Translations under genes and position numbers: made by a program
Assembly (NCBI GenBank): GCA_963708295.1
Contig: CAVPSJ010000015.1
Location: 256,001 to 320,000, forward strand
Origin: an uncultured delta proteobacterium
Lineage (GTDB): Bacteria; Desulfobacterota; BSN033; UBA1163
DNA length: 64,000 nt
Direction of reading: 5' to 3'
The notes under the pieces: model-generated
Database searches by the model: none
Seen by the model: the letters and a program-made list of their open reading frames with translations, nothing else
Told to the model about the DNA's origin: nothing
Part shown: in pieces, positions 19,936 through 30,523 of the stretch
Layout: every line of letters starts with the position of its first letter
How positions within the stretch are numbered: the stretch's first letter is position 1

Positions 19936-19991
19936 AAATAAAAAAACGCTTAGCGCATAGCGCATGGCGACTATCAGGAGGATGATCAATC

Positions 19992-20357
19992 ATGCCGAGG
20001 GTAAAAGGAGGACCAAAGACAAGACAGAGACGGAAAAGGGTCCTTAAAATGGCAAAAGGTTATCGGGGAGGGCGAAGCCGGCTCTACCGAACGGCCGTCG
20101 ACGCGGTCCATCGGGCTCTGGCTTATGCCTATCGCGATCGAAAGGCCAGGAAAAGAGATTTCAGAAGGCTTTGGATTGCTCGCATCAATGCGGCGGCGAG
20201 GCTTCAAGGGGTCTCTTACAGCCGTTTGATGGACGCTTTGAAGAAAGCCCATATCGAGATGGATCGAAAGATATTAGCCGATTTAGCGGTGAAGGATCCG
20301 GGCGCCTTTTCCAAGATTGTCGCGATGGCAAAGACGAGCGCTGCTGGAAAATCTTGA
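19992..20357 (+). CDS. rplT: 50S ribosomal protein L20
   Basis: [37 protein letters not shown]. Confidence 0.98.
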   Translation: MPRVKGGPKTRQRRKRVLKMAKGYRGGRSRLYRTAVDAVHRALAYAYRDRKARKRDFRRLWIARINAAARLQGVSYSRLMDALKKAHIEMDRKILADLAVKDPGAFSKIVAMAKTSAAGKS

Positions 20358-20382
20358 AGCCTGCCCGCAGGAGAAGAACCTC

Positions 20383-21399
20383 GTGAAAGAGGAGTTGGAA
20401 AAGCTCCGAAACGAAGTCTTGATCTCAATCTCTCAGACCTCGACGGAAAAAGAGCTTTCTGAAATCCGGGTGGGGGTTTTAGGAAGGAAGGGGAGCCTCA
20501 CTCAGCTTCTCAAACGTCTGGGGTCCCTTCCCGAGGAGGAGCGCAGAGAAATAGGGAGAAGGGCAAATCAGGTCAAAGGTGACCTCGAGGAAAGGATCGA
20601 AGACACCCTTCTGCAGATTCAAGAACGGGAGCGAAGGGAGGTCCTGGAGAAAGAGAAAGTCGATGTGACCCTCCCCGGCAGGCGGGTTCCTTTTGGAAAG
20701 AGGCATCCTCTCACCCAGACCCTGGATGAGATCATCGACATCTTTTCCCGCCTGGGGTTCGAGGTTGCGGAAGGACCCGAGGTGGAGCTGGACTACTACA
20801 ACTTCGAAGCCCTGAATATTCCGAAGGGGCATCCTGCCAGAGAAATGCAAGCCACCTTCTTCATCTCGGATGAGGTGGTGCTCCGAACGCATACCTCACC
20901 GATGGAGGTGAGGACGATGGAAAAGCATCCTCCTCCCGTGCGAATCATCTCTCCCGGCCCCGCTTACCGGCGGGATTCGGATCCAACCCATTCCCCGATG
21001 TTTCACCAGGTAGAGGGACTTTTGGTCGATAAAGGGATTACCTTTGCCGACCTGAAAGGCGTCCTGACCGTCTTTGTTCACCAGATGTTCGGCAAGGGAA
21101 CGAGGCTTCGATTTCGGCCCAGCTTTTTCCCCTTCACCGAGCCGAGCGCGGAGATTGACATCGAATGTATCATGTGCGGCGGAAAGGGATGCGGGGTTTG
21201 CTCGAACACCGGCTGGTTGGAAATTTTGGGTTCTGGAATGACAGACCCGGCAGTATTCGGATTTGTGAACTATGACCCTGAAGAGGTGACGGGTTTCGCA
21301 TTCGGGATGGGCGTCGAAAGAATCGCCATGCTCAAGTACGGGATCAACGATATCCGGCTCTTCTTCACGAATGATCTGAGGTTCCTGAGGCAGTTCTAG
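20383..21399 (+). CDS. pheS: Phenylalanyl-tRNA synthetase alpha subunit
   Basis: NFEALNIP.HPAREMQ, LRTHTSP, HSPMFHQVEG, FPFTEPS, GFAFGMGVER. Confidence 0.97.
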   Translation: MKEELEKLRNEVLISISQTSTEKELSEIRVGVLGRKGSLTQLLKRLGSLPEEERREIGRRANQVKGDLEERIEDTLLQIQERERREVLEKEKVDVTLPGRRVPFGKRHPLTQTLDEIIDIFSRLGFEVAEGPEVELDYYNFEALNIPKGHPAREMQATFFISDEVVLRTHTSPMEVRTMEKHPPPVRIISPGPAYRRDSDPTHSPMFHQVEGLLVDKGITFADLKGVLTVFVHQMFGKGTRLRFRPSFFPFTEPSAEIDIECIMCGGKGCGVCSNTGWLEILGSGMTDPAVFGFVNYDPEEVTGFAFGMGVERIAMLKYGINDIRLFFTNDLRFLRQF

Positions 21400-21588
21400 A
21401 TGAGAGGGAGCCACACGGGATTTTTTAAATTCGAAGCACGAAATCCGAAGTACGAAACAAGCACGAATTTTCAAAATACAGATGACCGAAACCGAGGTTT
21501 AGAATTTTGAGAATTTGAATTTTGAAATTGTTTCGAGTTGGTCCGAGGCGGACGCTTCGCCCGATATTCGGTTTTAGGACTTGAAAAG

Positions 21589-23997
21589 ATGAAGGTCAGT
21601 CTGAATTGGCTCAAGGATTACGTTGAGATCCGGATGGACTCCAAAGATCTCACCCACCTCCTCACCATGGCAGGTCTGGAGGTCGAAGGAGCTATTTCCA
21701 CAGGGGAAGGGCTGGAGAAAGTGGTCGTGGCGGAGATCCTGTCGGTTCGGAGACATCCCAATGCAGACCGACTTTCCCTGGTCGAGGCGAAGACCCATCA
21801 GGAGTCGTTTTCGATCGCTTGCGGGGCAACGAACATCAAGGAAGGCCAGAAAGTTCCCCTGGCCCTGGTGGGAGCCCGGCTCCCGAACGGGATTGAAATC
21901 AAGAGATCAAAGATCCGGGGGGTCCTCTCCGAAGGGATGCTTTGCTCGGAGATTGAGCTTGGTCTGGGCCAGGAAGCCTCCGGAATCATGATCCTGGCCC
22001 CCGAGCTTCCTCTGGGATCGGGGGTGGGAGAGGCCCTGGGTTTGAAGGATACCATTCTCGACATCAGCATCACACCCAACCGTCCGGACTGGCTCTGTGT
22101 GATCGGGGTGGCGCGAGAGATTGCTGCGCTCACCGGGCAAAAAATGAAGTATCCCTCCCTTTCTCTTGCCGACCGGGGAGAAGAGATCCATCGGAAAACC
22201 TCTGTCACGATTCTGGACCAGGACCTATGCCCCCGTTATGTCGCGAGGATGATCGAAGGAGTGAAGATCGGTCCTTCTCCCCGTTGGATGAGCAATCGAT
22301 TGGAAAAAGTAGGCATCCGGTCCATCAATAACGTGGTCGACGTGACCAATTATATCATGATGGAATACGGGCAACCGCTCCATGCGTTCGATTTTGAATT
22401 CCTGGAAGAAGGTCGGATCGTCGTTCGGAGGGCAAAGGGCGGCGAGGAATTCGTCACCCTGGATGGAGTGAAGAGGACCCTGGATGGGGAAATGCTCATG
22501 ATCTGCGACGGCGTCAAACCGGTAGCCATCGCCGGCGTCATGGGCGGCCTCAATTCAGAGATCAAGGATGATACCACGACGGTCCTGCTGGAAAGCGCCT
22601 ATTTCGACCCCACGGGGAATCGGAGGACCTCAAAAAAGCTCGGTCTGGAGACGGAAGCGGCCTATCGGTTCGGAAGAGGGATCGACTACGGGGGATGCCT
22701 CTCCGCGGCGGACCGGGCCGCCCAATTGATTCAAGAATGGGCGGGAGGAAGGGTCGTGGAGGGAGCCGTGGATGTCTACCCGGCGCCGATCCGGCCCAAG
22801 CCGATCCGTTTACGGGGAGAAAGAATTCGCCAGGTTTTGGGAACGGAGGTCTCCGCCAAAGAAGCAAGGAATTACCTGGAAAATCTGGAATTGGAAGTCC
22901 AGGAGGAGAAAGAAGGCGTCCTCCTCGTCGTGCCGGCTTCCTTCCGGGGGGATTTGGAGAGAGAGATCGATCTGATCGAAGAAGTGGCACGCCTGAACGG
23001 ATACGATCGAATTCCGATCACCCTTCCGACCGGGTCTCCCTCGTCGGAGAAGAGAAGCAAAGAGTTTCTTACGGAGAGGAGGGCGATCGATCTTCTCAAC
23101 GCCCATGGATACAATGAGGTGATCAATTACAGCTTTACTTCTCCAGCCTTCGCAGACCGGATTGGACTCCCTCCGGATGATCCGAGGCGACAGCCTCTCC
23201 GGATCCTCAACCCTTTGGCGGAGGATGTCTCCGTCATGAGAACCACACTCATTCCCGGCCTGATGGAGACCGTCCAATACAACCTCTCCCGTAAGAATTC
23301 GAACCTCAAGCTCTTTGAATTGAAAAAAGTCTTCCTTCCTCAGGAAGGAGGGAGACTGCCCAGGGAAGTCAAGCTTTTGGCGGGCGTGGCGTTGGGGTTT
23401 GACAGAGGTCCCCATTGGGCTTCTCCGCAGAGGCCGGTGGATTTTTACGATATCAAAGGCTGCGTGGAAGACCTTTTGGACACCCTGCAGATCAAGGACG
23501 CGAAGTTTGTTAAAGCAGAGGATGTCCCCTATCTCCATCCGGGAAAAGCATCGAAGGTGGTCCTGGATCAGGAGGTCTTGGGGGTTTTAGGAGAAATTCA
23601 TCCGGAGGTGTCGGGCCGTTATGAAGTTCGGGGAAAGGGTTATCTCTTTGAAATGGACTTCAGTAAAATGGTGAAAGAAGCAGGGGAAGAAAGGCGGTTT
23701 CAGGCTCTGCCCAAATTCCCGGCGGTTGAAAGGGATCTTTCCGTGGTCGTCGATCAAGCCATGGAAGCAGAAAGAGTGATGGAAGCCATCCGGACGTTCC
23801 GGCAACCTCACGTCGAAGAGGTCACCCTTTTCGACGTGTATGAAGAACCGCCGATCCCGGAGGGGAAAAAGGGAATTTCTTATCGAATCCGGTACCAGGC
23901 CAAAGATCGGACGTTGACGGATGAAGAAGTGAATCAATACCACGAGAAGATCCTCTCCAGATTAAAGGAGGTCTTTCAGCTCGATTTGAGGCAATAA
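21589..23997 (+). CDS. pheT: Phenylalanyl-tRNA synthetase beta subunit
   Basis: MKVSLNWLKDYV, HPNADRL, ITPNRPD, GQPLHAFD, DLIEEVARL, FDX-ACB C-terminus. Confidence 0.97.
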   Translation: MKVSLNWLKDYVEIRMDSKDLTHLLTMAGLEVEGAISTGEGLEKVVVAEILSVRRHPNADRLSLVEAKTHQESFSIACGATNIKEGQKVPLALVGARLPNGIEIKRSKIRGVLSEGMLCSEIELGLGQEASGIMILAPELPLGSGVGEALGLKDTILDISITPNRPDWLCVIGVAREIAALTGQKMKYPSLSLADRGEEIHRKTSVTILDQDLCPRYVARMIEGVKIGPSPRWMSNRLEKVGIRSINNVVDVTNYIMMEYGQPLHAFDFEFLEEGRIVVRRAKGGEEFVTLDGVKRTLDGEMLMICDGVKPVAIAGVMGGLNSEIKDDTTTVLLESAYFDPTGNRRTSKKLGLETEAAYRFGRGIDYGGCLSAADRAAQLIQEWAGGRVVEGAVDVYPAPIRPKPIRLRGERIRQVLGTEVSAKEARNYLENLELEVQEEKEGVLLVVPASFRGDLEREIDLIEEVARLNGYDRIPITLPTGSPSSEKRSKEFLTERRAIDLLNAHGYNEVINYSFTSPAFADRIGLPPDDPRRQPLRILNPLAEDVSVMRTTLIPGLMETVQYNLSRKNSNLKLFELKKVFLPQEGGRLPREVKLLAGVALGFDRGPHWASPQRPVDFYDIKGCVEDLLDTLQIKDAKFVKAEDVPYLHPGKASKVVLDQEVLGVLGEIHPEVSGRYEVRGKGYLFEMDFSKMVKEAGEERRFQALPKFPAVERDLSVVVDQAMEAERVMEAIRTFRQPHVEEVTLFDVYEEPPIPEGKKGISYRIRYQAKDRTLTDEEVNQYHEKILSRLKEVFQLDLRQ

Positions 23998-24119
23998 TAA
24001 AAAGAAGTTTTGAGTTTTAAGTTTTGAGTTAAATTCAAAATTCATAATTCAAAATTTAACCTTTTGAGGGGGAAGTGTCCGTCATGGAAGATTCCCGAAA
24101 AGAAAGGAGGATGTCGGCG

Positions 24120-24404
24120 ATGACGAAGGTGGATATCGTTGAGGGGATTTATGAGAAGGTGGGGTTTTCGAAGAAAGAGGTGGCTAAAATCGTCGAGTAT
24201 ATTTTTGATATCATCAAAGATACCTTGATCAAGGAAGATAAGATCAAGATTTCCGGGTTTGGAAATTTTGTCGTCCGGAAAAAGAGGTCGAGACGGGGCC
24301 GAAACCCACAGACCGGGAGCGACATCGAGATCACCGCAAGAAGGATCTTGACGTTTAAACCCAGTCAGGTCTTAAAGGGAGGCCTCAACCGTAAGGAGTC
24401 CTGA
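24120..24404 (+). CDS. ihfA: Integration host factor alpha subunit
   Basis: MTKVDIVE, KISGFGNF, GRNPQTG, LTFKPSQVLK; follows pheT. Confidence 0.93.
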   Translation: MTKVDIVEGIYEKVGFSKKEVAKIVEYIFDIIKDTLIKEDKIKISGFGNFVVRKKRSRRGRNPQTGSDIEITARRILTFKPSQVLKGGLNRKES

Positions 24405-24471
24405 TTTTTTCAGTTCTTCTTGAAGCCTGTTTTTCCGTTTGATGAACGACAGGGGCGGTGAAAGAAGAAAG

Positions 24472-24867
24472 ATGGCCGGGCTACTCAAAAAACATGAGGT
24501 GGAGGACTCCATTTCCCATGAAAGGCTTTATTATCGGATAGGAGAGGTGAGCCGCCTGACGGGTCTCAAACCCCATGTGCTTCGTTATTGGGAGTCGGAG
24601 TTCAGAGTGATCAGGCCCCACAAGGGCGGGTCCTCACAACGGCTCTACCGGAGGAAAGACCTGGACCTCATCCTGAAGATCAAGAAACTCCTGTATGAGG
24701 ACGGGTTCACCATCGCCGGAGCAAAAAAGAAGATCCGAGACCTCGAGCGATTTGAAAATAAGCAGATGAAATTGAAACCCATTGAGAAAGGATCTGACGA
24801 AAACGCTCATGAGTTTCTGGTCGCTGTTCAGGAGGAACTGAAGGGGATCAGAGACATGCTGGAATAG
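24472..24867 (+). CDS. MerR family transcriptional regulator
   Basis: YYRIGEVSRLTGLKPHVLRYWESEF; conserved ihfA-merR-tRNA-Pro synteny. Confidence 0.92.
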   Translation: MAGLLKKHEVEDSISHERLYYRIGEVSRLTGLKPHVLRYWESEFRVIRPHKGGSSQRLYRRKDLDLILKIKKLLYEDGFTIAGAKKKIRDLERFENKQMKLKPIEKGSDENAHEFLVAVQEELKGIRDMLE

Positions 24868-25047
24868 CTCCTTTGCCCGAGAAGGGACTGGACTTTTGGA
24901 AGGAAATTGAATATAGTAATTAAAGGTTGGAGTAATGGAGTATGGAGTAATGGAATAAAAATGACAGGTAAGACTTATAAAGCATAATTCTTCTTGTGGG
25001 AATCAAAACCCCAGCCCTCCAATACTCCATCATTCCACGGTTTTTAT

Positions 25048-25124
<77 letters not shown>

Positions 25125-25173
25125 TTTCCCTCCATTTCACCCGCGGTTACAGTACCGATATTCTGCCGACCTT

Positions 25174-25660
25174 TCAGACATTCCACTGGATGCCCTCTCT
25201 GGGCTCGGCTTTTTCTTTGACGCTGGCCAACCCTCTATCCGCCACTCCCCTGCCGGCCGTCTGATCCGCCATGCGGAAGACCACGAGAATCATTTCCAAG
25301 AAGACCCTGCTGAAAACCGCTGTTAGACAGAAACACCACAGGACCCCAATCAGAAGCGCAGAAAGTCCAAGCCGGAGGGAGGTTTCAAACCCGCGCGAGG
25401 ATGAAGAAAAGGGCCACCAGACCCGCGCAAAGAATCGACAGGATGTAAAGAAACTTTATCATTTTTACGGGAACAGACCGACGGAATGAAAAATCAAAAA
25501 GGGGATGGAGAAAATCAAACTGATGCGAGGGGGACACATCCTCCAAGCCCCTCAGGCGGGAGAGCCTGTCTTCTATCGGGTTGTTCGCCAACGATTCCCC
25601 ACAGTTGGCGCAGAGATTTGCTCCGTTCTTGTTCGAAGCGCCGCAGTTTGTGCAAAACAT
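25174..25660 (-). CDS. Zinc-ribbon plus DUF4282-like membrane protein (+1 frameshift near 25395)
   Basis: CTNC...CANC; LFDFSF...IKFLYIL; second frame AVFSRVFLEMILVVFRMAD...IQWNV*. Confidence 0.75.
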
Positions 25661-25687
25661 AGGTGTCTCCTTGAGTATTCCGTAAGC

Positions 25688-26893
25688 TTAACTTACGGGC
25701 TTAATCCCTTTGATCTTCCAGTGGCCGTCTTCTCTCTTCAGGGTAACGTCCAGAACGGTTCTTCCGTTATGGGGTTTCCCGCCCACTTTCTCGGAGGTCG
25801 TGATCACCCACTCCAATCTGACGTCGGCCGTATCCCCTGATATCGTCTGTTTCTTCAAAGCATAAGAAAGGTCATGGTAGTTAAAAGTTTCCCACATTTT
25901 GAGAGTATCCTTCCGTTTTCCTTCTGCCCCTTTAAAATCGCGAGAGTAGCAGGACATGAAGAGATCGATGTTCTTCTGAAGGTTTGCGCGTCTGATATTT
26001 TCAAAGACAGACTCTATTTTCTCGACTTCTATGTTCTCCGTTCCGGCCTGTGGATCGGGCGGAGAAGACAGTGGGGAAGGAGAAGACGTGACTTCTATTG
26101 AAACGGGTTTGGCGGAAGGGGGATACTGCGTCCAGAACAAATACCCACCTGCAATGATCAAAAAAAGGATGACCCCTCCTGTCGTCAAGGTGAGCGGCCG
26201 GAGAAGGCCCCCTGCGAACTCGGAGGAATCGACATTTCCCCCGGCCGGACCCGGCAAGAGAGAAAGGAGGTGACGAAATTTTCTTAAGTTTCCCTGGATG
26301 GATTTCATTTCCTTTTTTAGTTCTTTCCTCTCTCTCAGGAAGTCGGACTTTGTCACGGCGCTTTCCTTATAAAGCGATTGAAATTCCTCGAGCCGTTTCT
26401 GAACGGGTTTCAACTGATCCTCCAGCAGATCGATTTCTCCCGTTGCCCTTTTTCGAATCGATTCAAGCTCTTTTTCGATTTCCTGATGCAGGGGTGACAA
26501 AGACTCCAGCCGATTCCTATAGCGAGCGATTAACGGATGGATTACATCCGTGGAGATGTTGTTTCCCTGTGTCTCCAGCTTGCTCATGCAGGATTCTAAC
26601 TCTCTTTCTTCTTCCAACAGGTTCAGCCACTCCTTCACCCATCTCTTGACCGATTTTTTTTCTAAAGGAGGGACATCCGCTTTTTCGGATGGAGCTCGCA
26701 TCAACAGGGAGCCGCATTTCCTGCAATACTTTCCGCTTTTGTGGGAGGCTTGACATCTTGGGCAAGTGAGACTGACCGCTGCTTTCTCTTTTGCGGCCGC
26801 AGGGTCATCTACGGCTAGAAGGAACTTCCCGCATTTCTTACAAAATTCCTCCGAGGGACCATGTTCGATGTTACATTGAGGGCAAATAACCAT
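25688..26893 (-). CDS. Double zinc-ribbon / coiled-coil / TM / NTF2(SnoaL)-like protein
   Basis: Four CxxC pairs, long coiled coil, one TM helix, C-terminal NIDLFMSCYSRDF...LKREDGHWKI. Confidence 0.75.
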   Translation of the reverse strand: MVICPQCNIEHGPSEEFCKKCGKFLLAVDDPAAAKEKAAVSLTCPRCQASHKSGKYCRKCGSLLMRAPSEKADVPPLEKKSVKRWVKEWLNLLEEERELESCMSKLETQGNNISTDVIHPLIARYRNRLESLSPLHQEIEKELESIRKRATGEIDLLEDQLKPVQKRLEEFQSLYKESAVTKSDFLRERKELKKEMKSIQGNLRKFRHLLSLLPGPAGGNVDSSEFAGGLLRPLTLTTGGVILFLIIAGGYLFWTQYPPSAKPVSIEVTSSPSPLSSPPDPQAGTENIEVEKIESVFENIRRANLQKNIDLFMSCYSRDFKGAEGKRKDTLKMWETFNYHDLSYALKKQTISGDTADVRLEWVITTSEKVGGKPHNGRTVLDVTLKREDGHWKIKGIKPVS

Positions 26894-27361
26894 TTTCAGT
26901 CTCCTGAAATCTTGGACCCATTCGACGGCTCCGAAGGGCTCACCATCCCGAGTGAAGTAAAGAGATAGGCCGGGGGCGTCGAATGGGTTGATTTCCTGAA
27001 CCATTAAGGGGAGTTATAATGCATTTTATGTGCCACAAAGAAAACAAATTTTTTTCCTCAGATTTCAATATCTTTTGGCACCACTGAAAAAAGGAATGGA
27101 TCAAAATCGAAGGGTATGGACAAAAATTGTCCATCTGACCGCTCTCCCTGCCGGGCCTGTTTCCAAGCCCATGACAAACGCTCCCTCACCCCTATCCCTC
27201 TTCCAAGAACGGTGTCGTAACCGTGATGGGTGGAAGATTCCGGCGGAACGGAAACGGGCTCCTCGTCTTTATGACACCGCCTTCCAAAGGAAGAGCAAAG
27301 GAAGAGGGAGGCTGAGGGGTCTCTGGACTTCGTGCAAAATTTGAGCTAAAACTGCAGGGTT

Positions 27362-28526
27362 ATGAAAAAAAGATTTACCGTTCGATCGATCGAAAGAATC
27401 TTTAAGCAGCCATTTTCTATTGCCACTCATGCCCATTTATTATGGAAGGGGAGAGATTCTTTTCAGATCATATTCGATGCGGTCGGGCGTGCAGAGAAAT
27501 TGATCTGTCTTCAATTTTATATATTCAAGAATGATGAAACCGGAATCGCCTTATCCAGATTTGCTGAAAAAGAAAAGCCGGGAGGGCGTGAAGGTTTATG
27601 TTTTGCATGACCATTTTGGATCCTTCGGAACGCCGCGAAGCTTTTGGAAGGAAATGAGGGCGGCGGGTATTCAGATCAGGGCCTCCCATCCCTTTCGGTG
27701 GACTGCCCCTTTTCGTTATGTTCATCGGGATCACAGAAAGCTCATCGTCATCGATTCGAAGAAGGCCTTTACCGGCGGGCTCAATATTGCAAATGAATAT
27801 AGCGGGTTTCACATCCGGAAGCGAAGCAGGGGGTGGCGCGACACGGGGATACTCGTGGGAGGTCCCATCGTGAGCGAACTTTTGGATACGTTCAAAAAAA
27901 GCTGGACCACCTGGGGAGGAGAAGAGATTCTTTTTGAGGGCGAACGAGAGGAGATGCGGGGCAACCTCCCGGAGGAAGGGATTCCTGCGCTTCCCATTTT
28001 CGTCTATTCCGGGAAGGGCAGAAGAAGAATGAGGAACCTTTTCCGCTACAGCATCGACCATGCACAGACCAGTATTCTCTTGACCACAGCTTATTTCATT
28101 CCGAGCCGCAGGCTGATTGAACGACTTGAGCGATCGGTGAGGCGCGGGGTTAAGGTGAGACTCCTCGTGCCGGGCAAGAGCGATGTTCCCGCCGCCTCCT
28201 ATGCGGGAAGAGCCTTTTTTTCGAGACTCTTAAAGGCCGGGGTCGAAATCTATACCTACCTGGGAGAGATGCTTCACGCGAAAACCTATCTGTTTGACCA
28301 GGGCTGGAGCATCATCGGGTCTACGAACCTCGATTACCAGTCTCTTCGGTATAACGACGAGGGAAACGTTGGAATTCTGGATCGACCGTTTGGTTCGCAG
28401 ATGGCAGAGGTCTTTGAGGAGGATCTAAAAAAATCTGCCAAAATCAATGAAGAGGCCTGGCGCCGGAGGCCGTTTTTGGAAAAGGTCAAGGAACACTTCT
28501 TTGCCCTTTTTAGAAAAAGGCTTTAG
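27362..28526 (+). CDS. Cardiolipin synthase / phospholipase D family (+1 frameshift near 27556)
   Basis: N-part LQFYIFKNDETG; two HKD motifs HRKLIVID and HAKTYLFD; GSTNLD. Confidence 0.88.
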
Positions 28527-30152
28527 CTTTGTTTTCACTTTACCGCCACGCGTCTGACGCAGCTTGAACCTCTGAATCTTTCCCGTCGTGCTCTTCGGCA
28601 GCTCCGGGAGGAACTCGATCCACCGGGGATACTTGTACTTTGCCATTCGCTCGAGAACCCAGTTTTTTAGTTCCTGGGCCATTTCTTCAGAAGGTGCATA
28701 GCCGTCGCGCAGGACCACAAAGGCCTTCGGTTTGACGAGGTCCTTTTCATCTTTGTGTCCTACGACCGCGACTTCCCGGACGGCGGGATGGAGGTCCAGA
28801 CAGTTTTCTACCTCCAGGGGTGAGACCCAGATTCCACCCACCTTCAACATGTCGTCGCTCCGGCCTGTACACCAATAATAACCGTCTTGATCGACGTAAT
28901 ACTTGTCACCCGCGTTAATCCATTCCCCCTGCATGGTGAGCCGTGTTTTTTCCCTCCTGCGCCAGTACTGCTGGGCTGCACTGTCCCCTTTGACGTGCAG
29001 GGTACCAATCTCCCCCTCTGGCACTTCCATTCCCTCGTCGTCTACGAGCTTCAGTTGATATCCCGGGACAGGCTTGCCGGTTGAGCCCGGCCGGATATCA
29101 TCCATTCTGTTCGACAAGAAGATATGGAGCATTTCCGTCGAGCCGATACCGTCGATGATGTCTACCCCGAAACGCTGCTTCCATCGGTAGTAGATGTCGG
29201 TGGGCAGCGCCTCTCCGGCGGAAACGCAGATTCGTACGGAGGAAAACTCGTGGTTCGTGTTCGGGTCCGGCTTCGTGCCCGTCTGTCTGTCCTGCTTCGC
29301 CTTGACTTCGAGCATCTGCCCGTAGAGGGTCGGTATGCCGAAGAAAACCGTCGGACGAAATCGTTCCAGATGTCGGAAAACATTCTCAGGGGTCGGCGCG
29401 TCGGGATTGAGCACGGCCGATGCGCCTACCGACATGGGCAGATACATGCCGTTGCCGAGACCGTAAGCAAAGAAGAGCCTTGCCGCCGAAAAACAGATGT
29501 CGTCCTCCGTGAGACGAAGAATGCCTCGTCCAAAGGCCTCGGAGGTCACCACCATGTCATACTGGGAGTGAATCGCCCCCTTCGGGGAACCGGTAGACCC
29601 TGAGCTGTAAAGCCAGAAGCAGGCGTCATCCTTGGTCGTAAACTCCGTCTTGATCGTCGCCGGAGCATGCCGGTACTTCTGCCGGAATGGGATCCGCGCC
29701 CCCTCTTTTTCCGAGATGACGATCAGGTCCCTGAGGTAGAGCAGATCTCCCTTGATTTGTGAGACCACCGGCATGAGCTGTTCCGAGACAACGAGCACCC
29801 GTGCTCGGCTGTCGTTGAGGTAGTACTCATAATCCTCCGGGGTCAGCATCGTATTCAACGGAATCGGCACGGCGCCGATTTTTACGGCCCCCCAGAAGAT
29901 CGCGTAAAACTGGGGGACGTCGAGCATCAGCATAATGACCCGGTCGTCCACCTGTACGCCGAGTTCGCGCAGGCCGTTGGCTGTTTTGTTCACCATCTTC
30001 TGTATGTCGTTGTAGGTGTAATTGCGGTATTCCGAATAGACCGCTACTTTGTGGCCTCTTCCCTGCCGGATATTTCTGTCTACAAAGTAGTCTCGCCGCA
30101 TTAAAAAACTCTTGGGATTCTCCGTGAATCATTCGTTACCTGCCTCTCTCAT
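28425..30152 (-). CDS. Benzoate-CoA ligase family protein (5' end frameshifted; 3' end uncertain)
   Basis: FWLYSSGSTGSPKG, FSAARLFFAYGLGN, DGIGSTEMLHIF, GRSDDMLKVGGIWVSP, LPKSTTGKIQRFKLR; upstream frame gives EFFNAA joined to DYFVDRN. Confidence 0.9.
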
Positions 30153-30523
30153 GCCGTCCTCCTCATGATCCCTTCTCCTCCGTTTTTGTCTAAAACATCT
30201 AACCACTCATTTTGACGTATTTAATATAGTATAGCTGTAGCAGCGTTCTAATTTCAAGAAGAGGGTTCAATGGAGGAATCAACGGAGGAGTAGTTCATGG
30301 GTAAGATGGCGGCCTGAACAGCCGGGAGGATGGGCGCGCGGCGCAGGGGTTTGGAGTGGTGGCCGTTCCTTCGGGACCCCCTTTGCCGCATCCGGTCTTT
30401 TTGTTTGACATGCGACTGACTTCTTTTTATATTCAACTCATTTGCAGGCTGATGGACATGGAATAAGAAAGGATTGGAATGGCGTCAAAACAAACTGTCC
30501 TATTTCGTGAGAGGAGAGAGAAA

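Noticed and set aside
28425-28526. Genuine 100-bp tail-to-tail overlap of cls and the CoA ligase
   Set aside because: The ligase family normally ends shortly after GKIQRFKLR; the extension is probably due to an indel or a lost stop
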